Shown one piece after another: positions 53,212 to 63,825 of a stretch of DNA of 64,000 bases. The stretch lies in assembly GCF_004010195.1 (NCBI RefSeq), contig NC_057719.1:7543135-7607134 (forward strand), read 5' to 3'. Each line of letters starts with the position of its first letter. The first letter of the stretch is position 1. The notes below the pieces were generated by a model. It saw only the letters and a list, made by a program, of their open reading frames with translations, was not told the DNA's origin and searched no databases. The translations under genes and the position numbers were made by a program. This DNA is from Chiloscyllium plagiosum. Taxonomy: Eukaryota.

Positions 53212-53900
53212 AACTGATAATTGATTTCAGAAAGAAAGGAGAACATGCCTCCATCTACATCAATGGAACTGAGGTTGAGAGGGTGGACAGCGTCGGGTTC
53301 CTTGGAGTGACAATAACCGACAACTTGTCCTGGACTTGCCATATAGACGCCACAGTCAAGAAGGCACAACGACGCCACTTGTTCCTCAGGCGGCTCAGGA
53401 AATTTGGCATGTCCATAACGACCCTCACCAACCTCTATAGATGCACCATTGAAAGCATATTATTCATATGCATAAAGGCCTGGTTTGGCAACTGCTCTGC
53501 CCAGGACTGTAAGAAAGTATACTAAGTGATGTGCACAGCCCAGACCATCATGGATGCCAAGTTTCTATCCATGGACTCCATTTATACAGCTCGCTACTGC
53601 AGGAAGGCTGCCAACATCACCAAAGACCCATTGCACCCTGGTAATGAACTCGTACAATCTCTTGCAGAAGAGACAAAAGTCTGAACACACACGCACACAA
53701 CACATCTCTAGCCTCAAATAATGCTGAACTCGCTAATGCTGACCTCGCCTAGTGCATGCCCTGTGCAATGTAAACTGTATGCCTCAGTCTAAGTCTTTTT
53801 GATCTGTACATCCTTACTTCCTATGATCTGCTTGTACTGCTCGGAAATAAAGCTTTTCATTGTACCTGGTAAATGTGACAATAAATCAATCAATCAATCA
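53212..53900 (+). mobile_element. Rex1/Babar LINE 3' fragment
   Basis: LIIDFRKK...INGTEVERV..FLGVTITDNLSW..HIDATVKKAQRR..FLRRLRKFG..NLYRCTIESIL; tail gtgacaataaa(tcaa)n. Confidence 0.88.
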
Positions 53901-53954
53901 TTTGTTAGTGGTGCAGGCTCGATGGGCTGAATGGCTTTTTCTGCTCCTATAGCA

Positions 53955-54275
53955 AAGGCAATGGTCTAGCAGTATTACCACTCAACTGTTTATCCAGAGA
54001 CTCAGGTACCTGTGTTCAAATCCCGCCATGGCAGGAATGGTGGAATTTGAATCCAATAAAAATCTGGAATTAAGAGTTTAATGATGACCATGAAGTCATT
54101 GTCAAAAAAAACCTACTTGGTTCACTAATGCCCTTTTAGGGAAGGAAATCTGCCATCCTTACCTAGTTTGGCTTACACATCACTCCAGATCCACAGCAAT
54201 GTGGTTGATTCTTAACTGTTCTCTGGGCAATTAGGGATTGACAATAATTACTGGCCCAGCTAGAGATGCATTTAT
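53955..54275 (+). mobile_element. tRNA-like SINE (family with LINE-B tail)
   Basis: Homologous to 43125-43585 and 51782-52092. Confidence 0.72.
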
Positions 54276-54814
54276 GATTTTTTTTAAAATGTTCTCCTGG
54301 GGAAAGGAATGCTCAGTTCAAGGTGCAAGCATGGTTTGTGTAGTCTCTCTTGGTGAAGGGAATGTTCAACTCAAGAGATTTGATTGATCTGATTTATTAT
54401 CAAGTGTATTTTATTACAAACTACAGTGAAAAGCGTTGTATAGTGTCACCACTCTCCGGCACCATCTTAAAACACAGAAAAATAAATCAAAACATAGAAT
54501 ATAAAGACAGAAAAAGAAAGAAATTATGTTCAACTTTACAGTCCATCCTGTTAAATGCTCAGCTATGGCAGTATCCCCTTGACGTTCAGGTGGAACAAGA
54601 ATCGTCACTTCGTTGATCGACACTGCTGCCACTGTGAGTCCTCACTGGACCTCACCAATGCAGCCGCACTCATGCTGCCACATCCCGCACCATCCAAACT
54701 CAACTCCACTGCTGCCAAGAGACTGCTCTGGGCCCAAATCTGCCTCCACCACTGCCTCCATCAATCTGCACTGGATGCAGATGCCACGAGGAACCCAAAC
54801 TCAGCTTCACCCAT

Positions 54815-55660
54815 GGCATGGTGGCTCAGTGGTTAGCACTGTTGCCAGGGACTAGGGTTCAATTCCACCCTTGGGTAGCTGTCAGTGTGGGGTTTGCACG
54901 TTCTCCCCTGTATCTGTGCGGGTTGCTCTCCAGGTGCTCCAGTTTCCTCCCACAGTCTAATAACAGATGTGCAGATTGGGTGAATTCGTTATGATAAACT
55001 GCCCCATAGTGTCCAAAGATGAGCAGGTCAGGGTGGATTGGTCATGCTAAATTGCTGTCAGTCAAAAACTGTGGTGCTGGAAAAGCACAGCTGGTTAGGC
55101 AGCATCTGAGGAGAATCAACATTTCAAGCATAAGCTCTTCATCAGGAATGTGATCAGTTGGGTGCGTAGCCTGGTGTTGAGGAAGGAGATATGGCTGTAG
55201 TAGTGGGTCTGCTTCAGATTGTAGCTGAAGAGCTTAAGGGCAGAGGAGATGACCTAAGAGGTGAAGAGACAGAGAGAGAGACGCACTGAGATTCTTGTAG
55301 AAGGAGGAGGTGAACTTTTTCAAGGTGGGCATCCTTGGTGCAGGCTCGAAGGGTTGAATGGCCTACTCCTGCACCTATTGTCTATTGTCGATTGTCTAAC
55401 TAGGAGAAAGTGAGGACTGCAAATGCTGTAGATCAGAGTCAAAAAGGGTGGTACTGGAAAAGCACAGCCAGTTAGGCAGCATCCGATGAACAGGAGAGTT
55501 GATGTTTTGAGCATAAGCTCTTCACCAGGATTGCTAAATTGTCCCATCGTGTCCAAAGATGAGCAGGTCAAGGTGGATTGGGCATGTGAAATTGTCCCAC
55601 AGTGTCCAAATAATGTGCAGGCTAGGTGGATTAGCCATGGGAAATGAGGTGTAATGTGGA
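54815..55660 (+). mobile_element. HE1-like SINE with a tandemly repeated unit of about 50 bp, split by a Neptune/CR1 composite insert (55055-55531)
   Basis: Head gcatggtggctcagtggttagcact; unit aaattg.ccc.atagtgtccaaagatg.gcagg..aggtggatt.g.catg seen about 4 times; TGCTAAATTG at 55045-55054 and 55532-55541. Confidence 0.75.
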
Positions 55661-55699
55661 TGGGGCAGGGTCTCTCCTGAGGGCCAGTGAGCACTCTTC

Positions 55700-56000
55700 C
55701 CGCACCGTGGGGAATGCCATGATGGATGGTGTTGTGGAAACCGGGGGTTAAACATGGCGGCGGGAAGATGAAAGACTACAACGCCCGGCATGCCCGCGGG
55801 AGGAGCGAGACCCGGATGTGGCGCTGGGTACTCTCGCGAGATGACTGGGGGTGGAGGGAGGGAAGGCGCTGACGCAGCGCCTCATTTGCCGGACCCTCCC
55901 TATAGCGGCAATTGAAGCTCCATTCGGCAGTATATAAGCGCTCGCTGGAAGAGGACGGACGGCTTTCCCAAGCCCGCTCCAGGCAGCACCGCCAAAATAA
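55700..56000 (+). promoter_or_regulatory. CpG-rich Pol II promoter of GTF2A1
   Basis: The only CpG-dense unique stretch in the window. It holds YY1-like AACATGGCGGC (55751-55761), ZNF143/Staf-like ACTACAACGCCCGGCATGC (55775-55793), ETS CCGGATGTG (55812-55820), palindrome TCTCGCGAGA (55832-55841), CRE-like TGACGCA (55870-55876) and TATA box TATATAAG (55931-55938). Confidence 0.85.
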
Positions 56001-56107
56001 AATATTAGTCGATTTTTATTTTTGTTTTAAAAAGAAAATCTTTTTCTTGACCAAAAAAACAAACCACCTCATCTGGATATTTCATTTAAATTCTCCTCCG
56101 TATCCAC
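55960..56107 (+). other. Predicted 5' UTR of GTF2A1 exon 1
   Basis: Lies between a TSS inferred about 30 nt after the TATA box and the ATG; no upstream ATG seen. The TSS position is inferred only. Confidence 0.55.
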
Positions 56108-56137
56108 ATGGCGAGTTCGGCCAACTCAAACCCGGTG
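56108..56137 (+). CDS. GTF2A1: First coding exon of general transcription factor IIA subunit 1 (TFIIA alpha/beta)
   Basis: ATG GCG AGT TCG GCC AAC TCA AAC CCG GTG = MASSANSNPV, in Kozak-like context (ccacATGG), followed by a phase-0 donor GTAAGA at 56138. It resembles the vertebrate TFIIA N-terminus as I recall it (human MANSANTNTV-PKLYRSVIEDV) and lies just downstream of a CpG-rich TATA promoter. Exon 2 was not seen in the window. Confidence 0.85.
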
Positions 56138-59100
56138 GTAAGATTTTTTTTTGTGTGTTGAGCGTGGTTGTTTTTTTTAATCCTCCGAAAATAAAAGAGA
56201 CTTTAAGATGGGAACCATTATATATATTTTGAAAAAAACATTTATACTTTTCATTAAAATCTGTTTTAACCACTACCCAGGATGAAAACGATTTTTTTTT
56301 ATTTCTACTTCCTTTTTTCTTAAAAAAAACAAAGGTGAAAAGTAGTGTTTTGTTTGTTTTTCTCTGACCTGGGGAAATTTAAGCAAAATTCCGCAAAGTG
56401 AGAACTTGTTGGAATTTGAAAGTGTGGGTAGGGGGGGAGGTGAAGGAATGAAACAATTTTTTTAAAAAGCAAGATTTGACTCCCTATTCCCCCAACAGCC
56501 TTTTTAAATAACTAGACCTAAGCAAGCCATATCTTGAACAAACTGTGGGGATTTTTGTTTTGTTGAGAGCTGTGGCTGGAGTTTTACTTTTTACTGGCAG
56601 ATGGAGGAAAAAACCCCCCACATTTTACATCTATCTCTCCAGACAATTTCTTTTGTCTTGATTAGCAATTACATTTTTAAGTTGTGGTGCTTGCTAAAGT
56701 GGCTTGGGAAAGAAATGGAATGGGGAGGAAGATTCAATTGTTGGGTTGCTCATCATAAAGAATGTTAATAAAAAAACTCAATTCATGAGGTGACTTTTGC
56801 CTGAAAATTACAATTCAGAAGCTACTTTAGCTGTATACATGGGTGGGTGTGTGTGGATCAAGTTTGAAGCCAAGAAAAGCACTAAGATTTTGACTTTTTT
56901 GAGTAGATCTGAATATTACAAACTTACTTCAGATTTCAAGTTTAAAAATATAAACTTATTTTTGAACAATTTTTAAAAATAAAACAAACACCAACACAAT
57001 CCTCTAGAGAAACACAGGGTGATGGAGGCTGCACTGTTTGCTGATGAACCATTTTGTTTCCTGGCTGATTTTTAAAAAACATTCTGTTGCTGGTCTGAAG
57101 GTGAGGCATGAGATGCTTTCTTCCCCTTTCTCAGGGCCCTGAAGATATTTTACTCCTATTTTTCACCCTCCTCTGCCTTTTGTGGTAAAAGTCTGGTAAA
57201 TTGGTGTCTGCAGTCCCTCGTCTCTGCTCCGTAAGCTAATGTTTTGTGGTGGAGGATGGCCTGCTGTTTGTGCCTGCCTTCCCCCTCTCTCCTGTCTTTC
57301 CCCTCGCTGCTAGACGGCCTCCTCTATTATAATCTCGGTTGCATGGTGGGGATGTGCTTGCCAGCTCTACGTCACGAGATGAGGGGGCCCTCTGCGTATA
57401 AGAGGCCAGACTGGTGAGGGCTGTGCAAGCAAGTGGGGAGAGGGAGGCTTAACAGCAGCTGCAAGGCCCAAGGGTAAACAGCCTGCTGACATGTGTTCCC
57501 TTGATCTGTTTATGTTGTGACTCATCTACCTTGACAAACCTTCCTTTGCCTTCCATCCTTATCCCTAATTGTCTAATTTTTTTTCTCTATTTTTCTTGTG
57601 GGAGGCCGTGAGCGTTCCTTGAGCGGTGAGCTCTAGTGTTCAGTCTGTGAATGTGCATTCCAACCTGCAACAGCCCCTTTTTCAGCACAGCATTTTTCTT
57701 TGCATCTGTAATTCAACCAAGATGCATTAACAATAAACCATTTTTTCTAAAATGAAAATACTAATGTTGAAAATCTGAAGCAAATGTTTTCTCAATTCAA
57801 CTTTTTAATTCCATTGGCATGTTGTTAACTGTTTAGCCAGAATGATACTTTCTCTAAATGTAGAGAAATACTTAAGTGGGAGCTGGGGTTGAATTTGCAT
57901 AACACACGGTGGGCAATAAGGGCAGGCCCATGGGATGAATTGGATAGCTTTTTCAAATTTCAGTTGGAGAATATTTAATTCTCAGTCTTAGTGAGGTGAA
58001 TCATCTAATTACACAAATGTCTATGTAGCATTAAGGTAAATATAATTTTGTTTTCATTAGATGTTTTACTGTTATTGCTCTTATTTTAAAATGTCATCTT
58101 TACGTTAGTTTAAACTCTTAGCATTTTCAGGGGACTTGTAATTAAAACAGTTTTCTGAAAATAGTCTGGCAGCATTTAAGATGCTGCCTGACCTGTGCTT
58201 TTCCAGCAACACATTTTCAGGGTTTAAGAAAACTTCCCCAAGTACAACTGTTCCTGTAAGGAGGAGGAACACAAGTAGATCACTTAGTTTCTCGGCTCGT
58301 TTCTGCTATTTAATTAGGTCATGCTGGTTTGTAACACTGTCTCCACTCGTCAGTCTTTACTCGTTGCCATTCTTGCTAGGCAAAATTTTAAATTGATGCA
58401 ATGTTCCTGATATTTTGGAGGCTGGATTTTCAGTACCCTTTGAGTAGAAATATGCTCTAATTTTTGCTTTGACGTAGCTCTCATTTTAAGACTATGCCCT
58501 TGTACTATGGACTTTTGAGCAAACAAAATGGCTGCTTTTCTACACTGTTTGCCTCAATTATTTCATTAGTAGTTCACAGCCATTTAAACAAGAGGTTACA
58601 AGCTAATGTTATGCAACCTGTTGTCATGGTGTCCTTGAGTGTAGCAGGCTAAGTTGTATCCCTTCTGAAACAAATTTACATTCAATGCCTATAATTCCAT
58701 ATGCTACTCCAAATAAACGAGCAAATTCTGTTAGAACAGACACATTGCTTCCTCACTTTTGAATTTCACTTACTTTTGCATAAAAGCTAACACTTAATCA
58801 TTTTTGTTGTACTTTCTAGACCTGACTATTGCCCACGCACCTGGGTGTCTCATACTTTATACTAGTAAACTTGATGCTGACTAAAACTTGTCTTAAACTT
58901 CAATCAGCAAGTCCATCAAATCTGTGATTGCTGATTTGCATTGGCTCCCATTCAAAAGTCTATACACTCCTCCATCCTCTCAACTTGTTAGACACCTACA
59001 CTCCTCCAACTCTGGCCTCTTGTGCCTTCCCAATTAAATTGCTTCACCATTTATGATTCTACTGTCTCTTTCCCCAAACTCTGAAATTCTCTCCTTATCT

Positions 59101-59879
59101 CTTTTCAGAGGCACTCTTTAAGACTTGCTTCTGATCAGATTTTTGTCATCTGACCTAAAATGTTGTGATGCATTGTTTCATAATGCTCCTGTGAAGTACC
59201 TTGGAATATTGCAACTACTTTAAAGAAGTTATATAACTTGAAAATCTTGTTAAATCCTAGTTTGTTTTCTGGGCACAAACTCCTAAGCAGTACTTATTCT
59301 GTCACCACTAACAACACTTTTGATTTGTCTTTCTCAAGTGGATGCTCTCACTTTTCAATGTTAAATTTTTACATGATTTGTTTTTTTCCACTCAATCTGC
59401 CCTGTGCATCTTGGAAATTTCCAATTCACGTCTGCAACTTCAGAATCAGAAGTAACAGTATAAAGGTGGCAATGTGGCCCATTGTGTCTGTGACTTAAGT
59501 TGCTGCGAGGCGACAGTGCTCATCTGCTTTATCCAAATCCTTGCCTATGGTTTCCATCCAAATAATCATCTGATGCCTTCCTCAATTGAATTCCATCTCA
59601 ACGGTTTGCTGAGTGAAAAAAGTTTTTTGTTTCACTATTGTGCTTTTTGCAGACTGTTCCCTCTAATGTTCTTTTTTGCTAGTGGTGACAGTTTCTGCCT
59701 ATCTACTTTTAGTGCACAAGATTTTGAAAACCTCAATGTCCCCTTCGCTGCCTTCTCTCCAACCTTCTCATAACCAAACTCCTTGTCTTTGGAACCAACC
59801 TTGTAAATCATTTCTGCACTCACCAATTTGTTTACTTCTTAAAGTGGCATCTGCAATACTGAGAAACTCAATCACCTTT

Positions 59880-60880
59880 CAGCAGGAGACAGGAGGAGTG
59901 GAAGGGCATTTCTCAATGGAGAACTGACCAATGGTGTTCCACAGGGATTGTATTGGGATTTTGGTTATTTGTGATATACATAAATGATTTGGAGGAAGGT
60001 ATAGGTGCTCTGATTAGCAAGTTTGTAGATGACACTAAGATTGGTGGAGTAACAGATAGTGAAGGGGACTGTAAGAGAATACAGCAGAATAGAGATAGTG
60101 TCGTTTGGCAGAGATATGGCAGATGGAGTTCAAGCCTGACAAATGCAAGGTGATGTATTTTGGAAGATCCAATTCAAAAGCAAACAATATGGTAAATGGA
60201 AAAGCCTTGGCAAAACTGTACAGGGAGATCTGGGTGTTCATGTCTATTGTAGCTTGAAGGTGGCAACGGGCATTGATAGTGGTCAAGAAGGCAGATGGCA
60301 TGCTTTCCTTTATCAGATGGGATATTGAGTACGAGAGTTGGCTGGTCATGTTATAGTTATATAGGACTTTGGTTTGGCTCCATTTGGAATTTTGCATAGT
60401 TTTAGTTGTCACCTTACCCAAAGTTTGTGGATGCTTTGGAGAGGGTGCATAGGAGAATCACCAAGATGTTGCCTGGTATGGAGGACACTCTCTATGAAGA
60501 GAGGTTCAGTAGATTAGGGTTATTTTCATTAGAAAGATGGAGGTTTGAGGGGACCTGATTTATAAAATCTATAAAATCATGAGGTATAAACAGGGTGGAT
60601 AGCAGAAGCTTTTTCCCAGAGTGGTGGACTTAATTACTAAGAGTCACAAGTTCAAGGTGAGGGAAAAGTTTAAGGGAGTTGTGTGGAAAGTTCTTTATAC
60701 AGAGGATGGTGGGTCCCTGGAATGTGTTGCTGGTAGAGGTGGGCATAGTGGTGTTTAAGATGGTGCAGGGACCAGAGGGACACAGATCCTTAGAAAATAA
60801 GTGACAGGTTTAGATAGAGGATCTGGATCAGCGCAGGATTGAAGGGCCTGTTCCTGTGCAGTAATTTTCTTTGTTCTTTG
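59880..60880 (+). mobile_element. CR1 RT-3' fragment in the intron
   Basis: LFVIYINDLEEG...ISKFVDDTKIGG; tail aattttctttgttctttg. Confidence 0.85.
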
Positions 60881-62645
60881 AAATCTTAAACTTTCGGAGC
60901 GGTTCCTCATTTTGAATTAGTGAAAGAGGGCACGCAGGCAGAGAGATGATATTTGCATCTTGATCGAAACTTGTATCTCCTTTCTAACAGTTCTCTATCA
61001 TCCATTTTAAATTTGTTCACTCCACTTACACCAATTAATGATCTTTTGATCTTTGCCTTTAAACTGTCAGTGTGCGCCCTCTCACTGTACCTGACAAAGG
61101 AGGCTGCCTCTGAAAGCTTGCAATTTCAAATAAACCTCTTGAACTATAACCTGGTGTCATGTGATTTTTAAACTCTGCTTCTAAACAAGATTATGGCTGA
61201 TCTGCCCCAGACTGCAAATTTCTTTCATGCCAGCTCAACATAGACATCAACTCTTGATGTCTTCAAAAAAAACTGGTTTCCCACCTCTTAAAAATGCTAT
61301 CACTGACCCTGTCTTCATAATACTCTGGAATAGAGGATTCCAAGTGTTCAGTAACCTTGGAGAAGAAATTCCTGCATGTCTGTTTTAAATGTGTTCCCTT
61401 ATTCTGTAACTTTGACATTTTCCAAACTAGTCAAACATAATCCTGTCATGCCTTTTCAAATTCTGTTTCAATAATCTCATTCTTCTAAACTCAAATTAAT
61501 AAAAGCATCTAACCTGTTCAGCTATTTATTACCTCAAATGGTGATGGATTATCTGTGCAAGCTCTAGTTTCAATAAACTACAGCAGTAAGTGCTTGACAA
61601 TAGAAGTCTGTCTGCAGACTGGTTGTAGTATGACAATATGTCCCAGCTGTTAATTCTGCTGGTGTTCAGATCCAATCTGTAGAGGCCTGGGTTTGAGCAT
61701 CCTGAGGGTTGAGCTGGTTCCACTTTAGGGCTCATGTGGTGCAATAGTCATGTCCCAACCTATGGGCCCAAAGATCCTGGTTCAGCCTTACCTGTTCTGG
61801 ATATGTCATAACATGTCTGAGCAGGTTCACTTTAGAATAGCTACAGAGTATTTGTTGTCAGCTTAGTCCTGTACAATAGTGAGACATGGTCTACTATAAG
61901 TGAAATGAGCTCAAAAATTTCACTAGCATTTTTTTGCGTTCTCTGGATTCAGTGGGAGGAACATGGAACAGGCAGTAGTGTCCTGCTGGAAGCTAGCTTT
62001 ATAAGCATTCCGGCATAACCCCTGCACAATCACCTGATGAACTGGATGCAATATCTGGATGACTGCAAATTTCCTCCCTCTCTGGCTCTTATTTTCTCAA
62101 CACTTAAATGGGCAAGGTCCAAGAGGAGAAAAAAGAATGCTACCAAGGCAATGAAGCTCTTGTTGAAATGTGGCAGAAGTGACAATGCCAGGAGGAGCTT
62201 GCTACCAATTGGTTAAAATAATAACTTATTCACCAAGCTACACTGAAATTGTGGAAGTGCCAGTTGTTTCTGTGCCAGTAATTGAGACTGCAGAATGGTA
62301 TGTTGCCTCCTTGGTGTTACTGGAAGGCATTTGTTTACGTGAAGGTGAAGAACCAGAGTGGTGCTTGGCATCACAGTGGTATCAATGATATAGGAAAAAA
62401 AAGTCCTGGAGAAAGTAGATTTTGGGTCCCATTCAAGATCTGTACGGTAGCAATCTCAGGATTACTCCCAACGTCAAGTGCTATTGAATATAGATATATA
62501 AAGTTTGAGTTTGAACATGTGACTGAACTAATGGTGCAAGATTGGATGTCTTTAGGTTGGATTGCTGGTACCTAGGACCATTCTGGGGTAGGTCTGACCA
62601 GTCATAGAGATGTACTGGACGGAAACAGACCCTTCGGTCTAACTT

Positions 62646-62865
62646 GGAGAAAGTGAGGACTGCAGATGCTGGAGATCAGAGCTTAAAAATGTGTTGCTGG
62701 AAAAGCGCAGCAGGTCAGGCAGCATCAAAGGAACAGGAGAATCGACGTTTCGGGCATAAGCCCTTCTTCAGGAATCCTGAAGAAGGACTTATGCCCGAAA
62801 CGTTGATTCTCCTGCTCCTTTGATGCTGCCTGACCTGCTGCGCTTTTCCAGCAACGCATTTTTAA
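62646..62865. mobile_element. Fold-back Neptune PLE-terminus insert with two back-to-back hammerhead motifs
   Basis: Arms of about 90 bp (62683-62772 and 62776-62865) are near-perfect reverse complements. The minus motif is CCTGAAGAAGGGCTTATGCCCGAAACGTC (62744-62772) and the plus motif lies at 62776-62804. Degenerate TSD ccttcggtctaac / ccttcagactaac. Confidence 0.9.
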
Positions 62866-63825
62866 CCTTCAGACTAACCCATCCAGATGCCTTTTAAATG
62901 TTGCCCGAGGAGGAGGACTGGTTGTATCGCAACAGCACTAGGATTAATATTCTCTGAAGAGATCTGCTAGTGCTTTTTCAGGGGATTTAAGATCGCTTGT
63001 CAGGGGTTGGTAACTTGGGAAGTTCAGAAGAAAATCAAAGCTGGTAATGGGAAGTGCCAAATATAACCAGGATCAAATTACAGAGTAATATGAAAAAGGC
63101 AGAATTAAGTGTCCTTTCTGAATGCATGCAGAATTTGTAACAAGTTAGGTTAATTGGTGGTGCTGGTAGAAGTATAATTTAATTGATATGATTGAGACAT
63201 GGCTACAGGGTGACTAAGTCTGAGAACTGAACTCTGAAGAATATTTAGGAAGGAAAAGCAGGCTGATTATAAGAGGTGGGATCAGTACATTTGTAAGAAT
63301 CGTTGATCAGAAGAAAAGGGTGTTGATTTTGTTTGGGTGAAGCTAAGGTGAAATAATGTCTGACAAACCTGATTTTTAAAGGATGTTGCTAGAAGTGTTG
63401 ATAAGGAGGAATCAGTTGATATGTTCAGATTTTCAGTAGGCTCTTGATTCACTTCTCACTGGAGATTAGTAAACAAAACTAAAGAATTGTGGTTAATACA
63501 CTAACATGGAATGCGAATTAGTTACCATGCAAAAAAAACAGGAGGAATAGATGGGTCATTCTTGGGCTGTGACCATGTGTACTGCAAGGATTAGTGCTCA
63601 GGCCCTAATCTTTCCACTATCTACATTTCAATGAGGACGAATTGAATTATTTCAGTTCTTAGATGGTACCAAATTTGGTGGGAATGTGTTCAGGAAGATG
63701 CAAAGAGGCCATTTGGATAGACTGAGTATGTGGGCAGGTGTGTGGCAGATGGATTACACAGTGGATCAGTGGGGTTTAGTTGGAGGAACAAAAGCATGAT
63801 TTTTTTCAGTTGTCTAAATAAATTG

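Noticed and set aside
1..55000. STON2 exons expected upstream from recalled human synteny
   Set aside because: No stonin or mu-homology peptide was recognised. Short exons cannot be excluded without TBLASTN.
55912..56232. 106-aa ORF overlapping the promoter
   Set aside because: It starts at TTG upstream of the TATA box, is out of frame with MASSANSNPV, and reads through the splice donor into low-complexity intron.
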